A stretch of 64,000 nt of DNA from Macrostomum lignano (Eukaryota): the NCBI GenBank assembly GCA_002269645.1, contig NIVC01001104.1, positions 186,001 to 250,000 on the forward strand, read 5' to 3'. A program made the translations under genes and the position numbers. The notes under the pieces were generated by a model. That model worked only from the letters and a program-made list of their open reading frames with translations. It ran no database searches and was not told the DNA's origin. Positions 30,287-42,547 of the stretch are shown piece after piece. The stretch's first letter is position 1. Each line of letters opens with the position of its first letter.

Positions 30287-30985
30287 CAAGGACGACTTAA
30301 GTAGAAGGACGGGAAACCTCGTTTCTTAGAAAATTTTTGAAGGCACTTTTTCCCGAAAAAATACACTGCGGAGATAGGAAATTTTCATTTTTTCAGCACA
30401 AAAATTGCTATAACTTTTGATAGGAGGCAGATCCAGTGTTGATCTTTTGATATGTTGTGCCTTTTTTATTGCTCTATCGATATTTATAAAGCTTTTCGTT
30501 CAGAAAATTAGGATTCTATGTTAATTTTTTATTCTACGTACATTTCCTGTATCTAAAAATCACAAAAATGCATGACACAGCTCTAATATTTGGTTTTATG
30601 AATCTATTTTATCATCTGTGTTACGACTATTTGCTATACAGTCAGGTAAGAAGGATAAAATAGACTCATAAAATCAAAGAGCCAAGCCGTGGCATTCTAA
30701 TGTATTTCAAGCACAAGACACATGAAAATATACGTAGAATAAAAAATTAACATAGAATCCTAATTTTCTGAACGGAAAGCTTTATAAATATCGATAGAGC
30801 AATAAAAAAAGGCACAACATATCAAAAGATCAACACTGGATCTGCCTCCTATCAAAAGTTATAGCAATTTTTGTGCTGAAAAAATGAAAATTTCCTATCT
30901 CCGCAGTGTATTTTTTCGGGAAAAAGTGCCTTCAAAAATTTTCTAGGAAACGAGGTTTCCCGTCCTTCTACTTAAGTCGTCCTTG
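30287..30985. mobile_element. 699-bp foldback MITE with ~255-bp TIRs, CAAGG...CCTTG ends and an 8-bp TSD (hAT- or P-type)
   Basis: 30287-30540 is the near-perfect reverse complement of 30731-30985. Flanks are GTTATAAC / ATTATAAC (7/8 identical). Confidence 0.9.
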
Positions 30986-31069
30986 ATTATAACACTATAG
31001 AGCAAGTATTCATATTTTACTCGTACACTATTGTCTATGGTTTTCGGCAGTAAGACTTTCTGCAAAAAC

Positions 31070-31112
31070 CAAGGACAACTTGATAACTAGTTGATTTATC
31101 AAGTTGTCCTTG
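31070..31112. mobile_element. 43-bp CAAGG-family mini-MITE with a perfect 8-bp TSD
   Basis: 17-bp TIR CAAGGACAACTTGATAA, a 9-bp spacer and the reverse complement, flanked on both sides by GCAAAAAC. Confidence 0.85.
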
Positions 31113-31289
31113 GCAAAAACTTAATTGCTAAACGATGAAAGCGGTCTTTCGCGTCCCTGGGATTTCCCTAGGGAATCCCGGAATTACACTGCGATTTCTA
31201 TTGTCTGCCGGCTGTTTTAGATGGTTGCCGGAAAATTAACGGAAGCATTTGGCTATAGAAAAGAATCGAACATGACAACGACGAACAGC

Positions 31290-31775
31290 AACAAAAGCAA
31301 CGGAGTAATTTTGTTCCTCCGGTAATGGTGTTCACCAGGCGATTGACGGACGGGGATTCCAGGTGCCGTTGAATGGCCGCACGAAAACAGATGAGACTCG
31401 GCGCGTTAGTATGAATTCCATTCTGCTTTCGAAGAGACGAATAGAAAAGCCTCAAATAATCGTTCAAGAATCAATTCGGTAAACGCTCAAACTCTTGGCT
31501 GAGTCCCTTCTCATCGAGGAACTGGCCGAACCTTGCCACGAGAAGTTTTCATTTGAAGTCTCTGTCGATTTCGGCACAGATTCATTCTCAATCCGGTCCA
31601 GCATTTGCAGATCTTCGCTAGTCAGCTAAGGTAGCACTTCGGTACTGGAAGACGCATTCAAATTGTTAATCTCCAGAACAAAGCGATTGCTCGACTCTCG
31701 GGCGACAAAAGCCAACTCGTCTGTGGAGAGTCCACATTTCTCCGCCAGTATGTATTCGTAGCGAATTATAGATCA
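31290..31775 (-). pseudogene. Decayed, 3'-truncated Crypton-like tyrosine recombinase (N-terminal part)
   Basis: The minus strand gives LAEKCGLSTDELAFVARES...LP*LTSEDLQMLDRIENESVPKST / (frameshift) RFGQFLDEKGLSQEFERLPN*FLNDYLRLFYSSLRKQNG...SLICFRAAIQRHL. This is colinear with GEISGLNADELEFVTHQS...FPELNETDLQEITNLEKAAVVQST...AFLGERGLSTDIETMPSRYLCQYLRLWFSTVRKADG...TLVCMRAAIHRFL of the 39320 ORF. It is bounded by TTGTCTATGG (31031) and CCATAGACAA (31903). Confidence 0.8.
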
Positions 31776-33749
31776 TTTTTCTTCGGGTATTTCGACAAAT
31801 CCACTAGAGAATTAATTTATGACAGTTACGCTAGTCGTCTTCACTGTCCTTTCCGATTATCATAAACGATTGACTGATTATCCTTACTGCTATTTCAAAG
31901 TGCCATAGACAACAGAAGAAAATTTGACTATAGAAATCCGGCAACAGTCAATTTCATTCAAAAGGGTAACAATAACGGTATAGACGACAGATTCTTTCAC
32001 GGCAGCAATTGCGTAAGCTGAAGCTGCGTAGCGAAAAAATCCGTATATATCGTTACATTGCTTATTTAATGTCTAGATACATTCAATCACAAAAATATTT
32101 ACCGTATTATTCCTAGATTTCTCGGGCCGAAACATAAATGCAATCATCAGTATGAGGCCCGGAACATTTTGTCTATGGTCGAACTTAATGAATTAATTAT
32201 CGAACTTAATGATAACATATCGCTGGCCGAAATAGCCGAGTAGCCAGAGCTGATCACTTAGGTGTGTCAGGACTCATTGAAACCCTAATAAAAATTTTCG
32301 ACTAAAAGTTGACTAAAAGTCATCTTGTGCAAGCTTCGAATATGACTTTTAGTCAATAATTTGTTACACGAATAATTGAACTCTGGTTCCGTTATTCTCC
32401 AGAATGACTCCGGTTGCCTGATGATGGAGGTCTATACATGATGTCTATACATGTTGACGTTGAATTGATCTTGACGTCGACAGCCACAACAGGACCTTTG
32501 ACGTCGCCGGTTGTAAAAAAGGCGAATCTGCCTGCTGTCACTCCATTCCCTAGTTCAGTGATAGTTTTTTTTTCGGCGGCATCCTTGATTAAATAAACAT
32601 GCACATTTAACGCCGTTCTCTGACGAAATAATTTGATCAGATTTTTTCAGAGATCTGATAGAGTCTGCCACGGAAGCGGAAATGGTACATCACCAAAAAG
32701 AAAACCTTGTCTGAAAGGTCTGTGAATTTTTTCTCATTGTACATTCTGAGCTTGTACATATCGCTGGCCGAAATAGCCGAGTAGCCAGAGCTTGATCACT
32801 TTAGGTGTGTCAGGACTTATTGAAAGTTGGGATAAAAATTCATTTCTTGCCGTTCAAGTCCGATAATTTCTCCTTCTGCAATTCTTGACAAGTTTATCAT
32901 GTTGATTTTTGAACGAATGAATCTTGAACAATAAAGCTTCTGAGTTTTCTACTCGTACTTTACTACACTTTGTCATGTTAAAAATCATATTAAGTGAGAT
33001 TTGTCTATGGTAGTTAGTGCGAGCTTCGTCCCACACCCTCACTGTAGCGGGCCGCGAAATGATAATTTGGCCTGACATTTTATCCCCCACTTGTCCCGGT
33101 CAAATAAGTGTATGGTCTAGTGTTGAAGCATTTATTTGTCCGGGACGAAGAAATATTTATTTGTCCCGGCCGAAGAAACGATTGATGTGGAACTGACAAC
33201 AACAACAAAAATGCCACAAAAAGCAACTATGGTTAACACTAACGCTAATAGACTGATAGTCAATGACAGTAAAGCACTTTTGTCTTTCCCACTCCATAGT
33301 GATCACGACGGTGTTATCATTTCCAGAAACTTCGATTCGCATTTTCTTCGCAGGAGCAGTAGAAACCGTCGTAGACCCAGTTGTCGGAGCGCCTCCAGCA
33401 TCAGGAACAATGGCAACCGTCGTAGTCCCAGTTGTCGGAGCGCCTCCAGCATCACGAGCAGTGGCAACCGTCGGAGTCCTTGAGGTCGAAGCATCTGCAG
33501 CACCTACAGCAGAGCGGCTGATCAGAGCACTGCAGCTCATTTGCTTCTTCACTGACACTCAGCATCAAACAGCAGCTGACACAACAGCATCAAACTATCG
33601 CTATCGCATCAAACTCGGGACTGTTCCGTTTCGATCAGAACCATAGACTGTTGAGCTATAGTTCTTTTTTTCCACAAGACCGAGAGATTATATACTTATC
33701 AGTGGTAAATAGACAACAGGCCACATCACTTCATTTCGGCCCGCTGTTC

Positions 33750-34241
33750 TATTGTACCATGACCTTTGTGCCCGCTGGGCACTTATTCTTGCCTTTTAAT
33801 GCCATAAACTACATTTAAGCCCACTTGCAGGAGTCACACTTACTTTAATGCAAATTAGCGGCCAGTTAATAGTACATTAATACCCATGCTTTAAGGGCGT
33901 TAATGGGAAAATCAGAGGGCGCCGTTAGGCGCCGAGGATTTCTCATTAACGCCCGCAAAGCATGGGTATTACTATCATTGTGCCATAGACATTTGTGTCC
34001 TTGACAAAGTGGGACAAAATTAGCGGGCAGTTAATGATATTAACTGCCCGCTAATTTGCATTAGAGTAAGTGTGACTCCTGCAAGCGGGCTTAAATGTAG
34101 TTTATGGCATTAAAAGGCAAGAATAAGTGCCCAGCGGGCACAAAGGTCATGGTACAATGATAATACAATAATGTGCCCGCCGTTAGGCGCCCTCTGATTT
34201 TCCCATTAACGCCCTTAAAGCATGGGTATTAATGTACTATT
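33750..34241. mobile_element. Nested pair of non-autonomous derivatives of the Crypton-like element (forward copy 33868-34159 inside an inverted copy)
   Basis: The inner copy joins the left-end motifs of 39024-39143 to the right-end motifs of 44219-44413. The outer copy begins TATTGTAC (33750) and ends GTACTATT (34241). Confidence 0.8.
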
Positions 34242-34420
34242 ATATGTCTTAATTTTTTAATATTGGTGTATATTTCGCATAAAACATCAGCATTTAACGG
34301 TTAAACTTACAAATTTAGTCAATGTTCTATTTTCAGATTGTGCTACATCTCTCTTGGATTGCCAGTACCGCAGTCCGCGCGGGATTTTGACGATTGTTCA
34401 ACAACTTTGTTCTGTTCTGC

Positions 34421-34641
<221 letters not shown>

Positions 34642-35150
34642 TCCACACAGAGGACTCAACCGCAAAGGACAGCGGCTTACTGTCGGTAGCGCTTAAGGCA
34701 GAGGTGTGCGGACTTCAGGACAGTACCTGGTAAAATTGCAGACTTCAGTCAGAAAAGTCTATTATATTTGTGTCGAGCACTGGTAATCCAGTATATTGTG
34801 AAACAGCTTGTTCTTTGAATCGCATGTGCTCAGAGTTGTCACAAACAAAATTAAGTTTACCAGTCGACAGGCCACTGATTTCTTGCTCAATGATGCCTTT
34901 TGTAATTCAGCATGGTTTTTTGTTTGTTGGTTTGGTTTAAAGTTGCAATTGTAGCCTCTAGTTTTTTTTCTATTATAAATTTTCTTTTTTGAAAGTCTAT
35001 GGGTCTATGGGCAAGCCCCCCACTAGCCTTACGGAAGCCAGGGGTGAGGAGGGCGGCGAGCCCCCCACATGTGACATCCCCTACCCAACAAGGCAACAAC
35101 TGTATATAGCCCACTAATCTTCTTAGTTCTTAATTACATTTGATTTTGTA

Positions 35151-35905
35151 CAGCTTTTTGCAGCCCATTTGGGCTTACGCGCATATAATTTAATCCAAGA
35201 TACGTTTGCCAATGCAACGGAGCTTTTGTCTATGGTAGCAAGGCTGGCACAGCAGCATTTCATTTCGTCCAACAAGCATCAATTTGGTCCAAACGCTCGT
35301 GAGCCACTGGACAAACTCCTGCCTTCTCGCAACTGTCTGCAGGTTGTTGCGTACCGCTGGAATATCAACAACAGCGTGTCTACCAACCATTTTCAGTCGC
35401 TTTTCCAGAGCTCTGCTGACAGTCAAAATCTGATAACCAACTGGAACTGTTCATTCAGCTTCTGCTGCATTTTCTGAAACGCCAACAAAGGGTTCGTCTC
35501 AACTGCATCGAGTAGCAGTTCGACCTGAGGCTCTCGCAACTTGCCTTGGCGATTGCTACCCTGCCGGCAGAGTTTCAACGCGCTGATGGATGCTGTAAAC
35601 CATCTTTCCTTTTAAATTCAGCAACCTTGCAATGTCCTTTGTGTGCTCACCTCTGTCGAGCGCTTAGATCGCAAGCCAATGGCATTCGTTCGACAGCCTA
35701 GCATATGGTCCACTATTCTGGGGCTGATGTTGCTTTTACGCAGCAGTTGCAGATGAAGCTATGGACCAAATTGATGCTTGTTGGACCAAATTAAATGCCG
35801 CTGTGTCAGCTAGCTTGCTACCATAGACAAAAGCTCCGTTACATTGGCAAACGTATCTTGGATTAAATTCAATGCGCGCAGACCCAAATGGGCTGCTAAA
35901 ATCTA
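35151..35905 (-). mobile_element. Internally deleted Tc1/mariner (IS630-like) element with ~140-bp TIRs and a TA TSD
   Basis: The TIR 35151-35291 matches the reverse complement of 35762-35905, with TA on both flanks. The internal minus strand gives frameshifted HTH-transposase pieces (DIARLLNLK..VYSIHQRV; QVELLLDAVETNPLL..QKMQQKLNEQF; TVSRALEKRLKM..VDIPAVRNNLQTVARRQEFVQW). Confidence 0.75.
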
Positions 35906-36811
35906 TAGTAAAAAAGACTAAGCAAGCAAAGCCAATGTCAGAAACTTGACCAACAGTATAGAAAAGAGTATGTACGAATGCATACCATAGTGTATATCAT
36001 ACTGGAAGCTGTATATACATTAAATTTGTTGCGATTTCGTAAATAATATTAAAGCATTACAATACAGATGAACAAAACAAGGTCAATATCAAAAACTCCC
36101 GCGAGACTCTCGTCCTATAATTGATTAAAGTTATCCTTGACTTGGCTTTAACTTTTTATTTGCATTTGGGGTGCTTTAGACCATAGACGTCTATTATTAG
36201 ATCGTTAGGGGCCTTCCACTGCAGTCACAGTCGAAAAAGGCTACATTTGAAGTTACTCTGAAGTAAGAAGTTAGAAGCAAAGGTAGTCTTTACGATTGTG
36301 CCAAATTCAAGGTTGAAATGGTATAATAAGTGTGTTATTTCTAAGCTGAGCTTAAAGGGAAACAAAGAAAAATTTCAGTCTCAGGAGTCCAGACATTAAT
36401 TTTACATGTGGTTATTTTGTAGTCTGTCGTGCGATTCGTTTTCGATTCGGTTGTTTGTGTGAAACATGCATTAGCAACTCAATCTCAATCGATAAGATTT
36501 TATACGCCACCGCCAAGCTTTCGAGCTAGTATTATAAAATTAAGTGCATTCGCGGCCGGGGCACTGCCGATCTTGCATGAAAATGGCACGCGTGTGCACT
36601 TTCAAATTAATCTGCAAGATAATACTGCACTGTACAGGTACTACTAGCTCGAAGCATTCATGCGGGCGCTATACACATTGCCGATAAGACTTGTGCAGAA
36701 AATTTATACTGAAGCACACTTGAGCCGCGATCATTCTAAGCTGTGTTTCTGTGCGCTATCCTAGCTGTCACGGCTCAGGTTCAGAATTGAGCAAAGCATA
36801 CCGTGCCCGCA

Positions 36812-38451
36812 ATGGGAGAGACGCTGAAACCGCAGCAGCAGCAAACAACGCTGCGTCACTCGCTGACCGTGCCGACGGGCTTTCAAGCCTATCAGAAGCG
36901 GTATTCAACACCGAATCCTCGCCTGCAGGCGACCACCGAGGAGGTGCCGGTGCCGCTGATGAAAGCGGTCAGCTCCGTGCCGCACGAAGGCCTGTCGGCA
37001 CGCAATCCCGTCTGGATGGAGGTTCAAACGGCCCTGATTGACGCGTTTAAGGGTCGTTCGAACCCCAACCTGGGTCATACAGCCCGCTTGGTCCGCCTGC
37101 TCAGCAAGACAGTTTCCACTGGCCTGGTGTTTGACTACCTTGAGAAGAGTCTACTGAAAAAGGGCTTCAAGATTATCTGTAGAAGACTCGATTGCAGCTC
37201 GCAGGATCCCGAGGAGTTGCTCGAATCCATGGAGGCAGCTTGGCGCTTTTTCCACGATCAAGTGGTGACTGAGGTGAAGTGTATTCTCCAGCCCATGGGG
37301 CTGGATCTGCAGTTACTCGAACGAGCTCTCATGCTCGGCTTCCGAGACCAGGTAAGCAAGATACATTTTAAGTTACGTACACGTTTCCATGTTTCCTTGC
37401 CCCTGGCTTAAGGTAAGAATTCCCTGCAGCCTTAGCCGCTCTCAGCCAGTCAACTGCATGAGCCCGTTGTCAGAGTCGAAGTACATTTATAGTGTCCCGT
37501 CGTCAATGAGATTGACAGCTGTGAGAATGTACGCAGATGAGAGTCTGAGAGAGCTAGTGAGACTGAATTGAAGAAGAGTGACGTGGGTGACAATGTCGTA
37601 TTATAGATTACAAAATATAAGGTGTTAAAATAATAAATTAGAACGAAAGCCCATCAAATTCATAATACCAATTCAATATTCCCTAATTCCATGATTCCAT
37701 AACTACAAAGCGTAGCTTTGAAATTTGATAAAATTGCCTGAATACACTTTCGTTGGCTGGTTAAACTATACGTCGACAATCGCATTTCAACGCACTAAAG
37801 GTTCTTCTACCAACGGGACTTCACGGAATTCTGCGCTCCGAGGTAGCCTGCAGTCCAGTCTGCAGCCTGTCGCCCGGCCTCACCCGCATGCTGCTGGTGC
37901 TGCAGATGCATCGGGACTCGGAGCCGCCCAGCGAGAACGACGTCGCCCTCGAGCGTATCGTCGCCCTAACTGTCCGGCCCTACATTGGCTTCTTGGGCGT
38001 CTACAATGGCACCGAGGAGCCGGAGCGGCGAGCCAATCTGCCCGAGCTGGTGAGAACTCGACGCCGGCTCACCCGACGGGCTTTCGTCAGCCGCAGCTCC
38101 GTGTTCCGTCGGGCTGGCGGCGGGTCCTCAGACAGCTCGTCTGCACCGACCGAAGCTGCCGCCTTAGCCAGCGCCGCCGCTGTGTCCAACGGAGCAGTTG
38201 GTCCCGAAGCTGAGGGCATCACCATCGTGTTGACCGACGAGTGCTGCATCGATGGCGATGACGATGATGGCGATGGCGATGACCAGGAGTCCGCTGATGA
38301 GGCCGACGACGATGCTGAGACGACGCCGTCTCTGGAAGTGACGGCGGAGGAGTCTGAAGAACACAAAGATAAGGGCACTGCTGACGAGGCCGCTCTGAGC
38401 AGGGAACGGTACCAGTCCGACCCTGCGCTGAGTCTGCTGGCGCCACAGTGA
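36812..38451 (+). CDS. PRR5: PRR5/PRR5L (Protor, mTORC2-associated; HbrB-like domain) homolog, about 396 aa
   Basis: Exons 36812-37351 (CAG|GTAAGC) and 37801-38451 (ctaaag|GTT), phase 0. The protein contains VWMEVQTALIDAF...DYLEKSLLKKG...LLESMEAAWRFFHDQV...LMLGFRDQ|VLL...RMLLVLQ...LERIVALTVRPYIG, paralleling PRR5 (WNSIHNGVIAVF...EYLQNQLLTKG...LLDSLAETWDFF...QMLLVLQ...VVSPYLG, from memory). The tail is acidic. Confidence 0.85.
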
Positions 38452-39319
38452 TATTTGTGTGAAACCATTGCATGGCTTCAGTAGGATAAGAAGCCAATTA
38501 TTTGAACGCAAATAGATTATTACCAGTAATAGATACACAAAGCTTTTTAGATACGAATATTCAACGATCAATTCGAGACAGGAAGTTCCAGATAGGGAAA
38601 ATTTGCATATGAGGCGGCACCTTCACAACCTTTCGACACTCGCACGTCTGTGAATTCCAGTTTTTGAGGAAGGACTCATTAAAGTTGAATGTATACATGT
38701 GCAGTTTGTTAAGTTAGAATGCACATAAATTATAGCAGTGCGAAAGATTCAATTTAGAAAAATGAAAAAAATTAAAGTCGTAAAGTATCTCCGCTTTTCT
38801 CCCTTCGCTCCCTCTTTTCTCTTCTCTCCGCTCTTCTCGCTTCTCTCCTCACTCCCCTTTTCTCTCCTCTCTCCCCTCCTGATCTCTCCTCAGAACTCGA
38901 AAAATGTCAAAAGTTTTTTAAAGTCATTCCTTTCGAAAGTGTGACAATTAAAGCCAATTTGAACAATCAGAGGGTGAGAAAGGGTTTGGGTTACAAGCAA
39001 GGTAAATCCAGAAATACTAAAAGAATAGTACATTAATACCTTAATACATTAATAAATAAATAAATAAATAATTAATACATTAATAGCATGGGTATTATTA
39101 TTATTGTGCCATAGACATTTGTGTCCTTGACAAAGTGGGACAAATAATACGAGTAGAAAGGGGGTGTGGGGGCGAAGCCCCCACCAAAAGCCATAGACAA
39201 AACACGAAATAAGATTTTAGCAGTAGTACAGTACTAACTTAAGCAGAGAAGAGAAGAGATTAGACTTATCACACCACATACTGCATAAGGTTTGACTAAG
39301 ACAAACTAGATCTAGAAGC

Positions 39320-40702
39320 ATGATCAACTATAGCGGTATCGCAGAGGGCGAGATAAGTGGATTGAATGCTGATGAATTGGAATTTGTAACTCATCAATCT
39401 GCTGGACGCAGTCATGAATCGGCTGTCTCACAATACGACGGACTTCCATTGGTCGACTCGAGACGCATCAACGAGTTCCTTCTAAACGTGACGGAGTTTC
39501 CTGAACTGAACGAGACGGACCTCCAGGAGATAACTAATCTGGAGAAGGCTGCCGTTGTACAATCAACAGAGAAGCAGACGGACGCCTACTCTGGAAGACT
39601 GAAGGCTTTTCTGGGTGAAAGAGGTCTTTCCACTGACATAGAGACTATGCCCTCGAGGTATTTATGCCAGTACCTGAGACTCTGGTTTTCTACTGTACGG
39701 AAAGCTGACGGCTCCGCCTACAGTTGCAGCACGCTAGTTTGCATGAGGGCTGCTATTCATCGTTTTCTGCTGGCCAAGCGGGGTCTGTCTCTGATTGGGA
39801 ATCCCGACTTCCTTGAACTAGAAAAAACCTTCAAGGCCGCTCTGACGTATTCACTTAAGCAGCCTACTTCCGTGGTTGACGGCGACGGTGGATACCGAGC
39901 TATTGACGTCGTTGACTTGGCCAAGCTGTCTGCGTATTTCGACCGGACTGATCCTAAGAAGCTGCAACACGAGACGTTCTTCCTGATTGTGTATCACTTT
40001 GGATTCAGGGGACGTGAGTGGATTCGATCTCTGGACAAAAATGATGTGGTTGTGAGGCGTCGCGATGGAAAAGTGGAATGTATCGACCTTGCGAAGGAAA
40101 AAAGGGAGAAGAACGTCTCGGCCAGAAGTGCAAGCACGAAGAAGGATATTGGTATATTCCCGGTGGCGGACGAAGCCAAGTGTCCTGTTCAGGCAGTGAT
40201 GCTCTACCTGTCTAAACTGCCGGAGGAGAATTCAAGCCTGTTTCCTAAGCCTCGAGCGAAATGGACCGACAGGGAGTGGTACTGCAAGAAAGAAGTCATC
40301 GGCAAGAACACCCTGGCCGAGCTAATGAAAGAATCTAAAGCTGCCGGCCTTTCCTACATGTACACTAATCATTGCATCCGCTCGACAATGATCACGAACC
40401 TGTCGGAGCAAGGTTTCAATCCGGAGCAGATCCAGACCGTCTCCGGTCACAAGAAGGTTGAAAGCGTGCTTCGCTATACGAAACGAGTCTCGGTGGAACA
40501 GAAGCGCAGTCTGTCGAGTGCAATGACGTCCGGCTTGCATGGTCTGGAGGATGAAGTCCCACTGAAGCGCGCGGACTTGGATCTATCGCCTGCTTCTAGT
40601 GCGTCCAAGGGCGAGTCCACACCTACTGAGTCGAATGAGCGTCAGGGGGACCCGACTGTCGTGTTGGAAAAAAACGGCCTAAAGGTGTCCATCTTTATGT
40701 AG
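39320..40702 (+). CDS. Crypton-type (DUF3504-like) tyrosine recombinase, intact 460-aa intronless ORF
   Basis: The catalytic set is present: R in HFGFRGRE, HxxR in YTNHCIRST, H in VSGHK and Y in SVLRY. It also carries KCPV..V.LYLSKLP and IGKNTL, typical of CryptonA/DUF3504 proteins. Confidence 0.92.
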   Translation: MINYSGIAEGEISGLNADELEFVTHQSAGRSHESAVSQYDGLPLVDSRRINEFLLNVTEFPELNETDLQEITNLEKAAVVQSTEKQTDAYSGRLKAFLGERGLSTDIETMPSRYLCQYLRLWFSTVRKADGSAYSCSTLVCMRAAIHRFLLAKRGLSLIGNPDFLELEKTFKAALTYSLKQPTSVVDGDGGYRAIDVVDLAKLSAYFDRTDPKKLQHETFFLIVYHFGFRGREWIRSLDKNDVVVRRRDGKVECIDLAKEKREKNVSARSASTKKDIGIFPVADEAKCPVQAVMLYLSKLPEENSSLFPKPRAKWTDREWYCKKEVIGKNTLAELMKESKAAGLSYMYTNHCIRSTMITNLSEQGFNPEQIQTVSGHKKVESVLRYTKRVSVEQKRSLSSAMTSGLHGLEDEVPLKRADLDLSPASSASKGESTPTESNERQGDPTVVLEKNGLKVSIFM

Positions 40703-40837
40703 CAGGTAAGTGTAACTGCTGGATTGAATAAATTGACTCTATTGATTGAATTAAATTGACAATTGTTGTTTTGTTTTTGTTGCATTTATGTTCTAGTTGT
40801 GGGACGATGAGCCAGTAAGTAGTATAGGAAAAAATGC

Positions 40838-42540
40838 GAGCGAAGCGAGAATTTTTTTCTATGCTGCTTACTTTTGCGAAATCGTCCCTGATAAGATGTA
40901 ACGCCGTTGCACACACTAAAAATGACGTTTTTCAACTTTTAAACGCTGCCAATAAAAAACGGTACGACCGATTTACAAACAGTTTTTGCCAAAATGTGTC
41001 AAAGACCTAGCGCTATCGGATGCACAATATTTGGTTGCCATGGCAACGCGTTTTGGTTGCCATGGCAACCAAAAACTGCGTTTTTTCTACATTGTCAAAA
41101 AATTTGATCTCAAAAAATAAGGATTGAGAATATGGCAGCGCTTAGCGAGTGGGCTCAGCAGACGCGGGCATTCGAACGCTAAAATGATCAGAAATGGATT
41201 TTTTGATTGTACTTTCACTTCACAGGTAAAAGTACAAAAAACGTGTTTTTTGAGGTCGAAAAATTGGCATTTTTTTCAACTTTGCCTCACCGCAGCGAAA
41301 AGGACGCGCGATAGCACGGCCTTTGAGCTGCCTCATAGCGTCAATAACACCTGGGGCTGTTTGATGCGCTATAGTTTTTAGGGCTAAAATGTACTTTTCA
41401 CATGGCTGCCTATCTGCTGTTTAAAAGTACAAATTTTTAGTGCACTTTTGTGAGGCCTATGGCGTCGAGATGGAAAACTTTATTTTTTAATATTTCTACA
41501 CCAAATTACTCAAATGGATGTCTTCTATTCGGAAACATTGAGATTTGGCCGATTGGGCCATCAATAACCTGCCTAGGTGCCAAAGAGTGCCTAAAAACGA
41601 CATTTTCGAAAAATTGGGTCACGTTTTCAAAAAGTAGTCCCCAAAAATAAGGAAGCGTTTTATGCTACGGTGTTGAGACTTTAACACGACGTGTCAAACA
41701 TTTGGAAATTTGTTTTCCTGAATTTTCTAAGCATTGGGACCTACCTGTGCTGAGCAGTGACCCGGAAACCAGGGAAAAAAGAGGCCGGGGGCTCTGCAGA
41801 AAATCAAACGTTGTTAAGGAAATTTTTTTAAAATGGGGCGAATTTTTTCGAGTGTAGTGTCAAATTGTAGCCCATCGGATGCCCTTTTGAATGACATAAG
41901 ACACTCCTGAAAAAACCCCTGTTAACAGGTACTTTTTACCTGTTAAGTGAAAAACGGCCCATTTGGGGGTACAAACTTTGAAGTCGAAAAATAAGAATTT
42001 TTGCGCACCGATTTTTCTGCATTTTCAATATTGTTTAGTCGAATAGCTAAAGTTACACCGGTCATACGCCAATATGGCTGGAAAATTCGTATTTTTGAGA
42101 AAATTGGCTCCGAATTTTTAGAAGGCTATTTTTGGGCAAATTTTGAGCATACTTTTGCTAATAACTCTGCATTGGCAAGGCCTAGAGACTCAATTTTGGT
42201 GTCTAAAAACAGCACTATGGATGCACTGTGCAACTAAACTAGTTTTGAAAACTGATTCTTAAGTTAATAGGTCTTAATACCTGTTTGAATACCTGTCAGA
42301 ACAGGTGAAAATGCACAATTTGGCGCCTAGGAGGCGTAAAATTTGTTGACATACTTTAAAAATGCATTAGATGAATGCGCCTTGATGTTATCTCTGTAAC
42401 GACATGCAACTCGCATTTTTAGATGAAGGCGCTGCGATGCAGCGAGCAGAAATGTATGAAAAAGCAGCAAAAATCGTAAAAGTGGCTACCATAGGGAATA
42501 TTCGATATAAAGGGCGTGCACTGTAGAGCTTCGCTTAAGC
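40838..42540. mobile_element. Non-coding ~1.7-kb segment, probably a non-autonomous DNA element (possibly Helentron-type) inserted in the YR element
   Basis: No credible ORF. It has short inverted AGCGAAGC/GCTTCGCT motifs near both ends and two tandem GGTTGCCATGGCAAC palindromes (about 41034-41070). Class and boundaries are inferred. Confidence 0.3.
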
Positions 42541-42547
42541 AAGAGAT

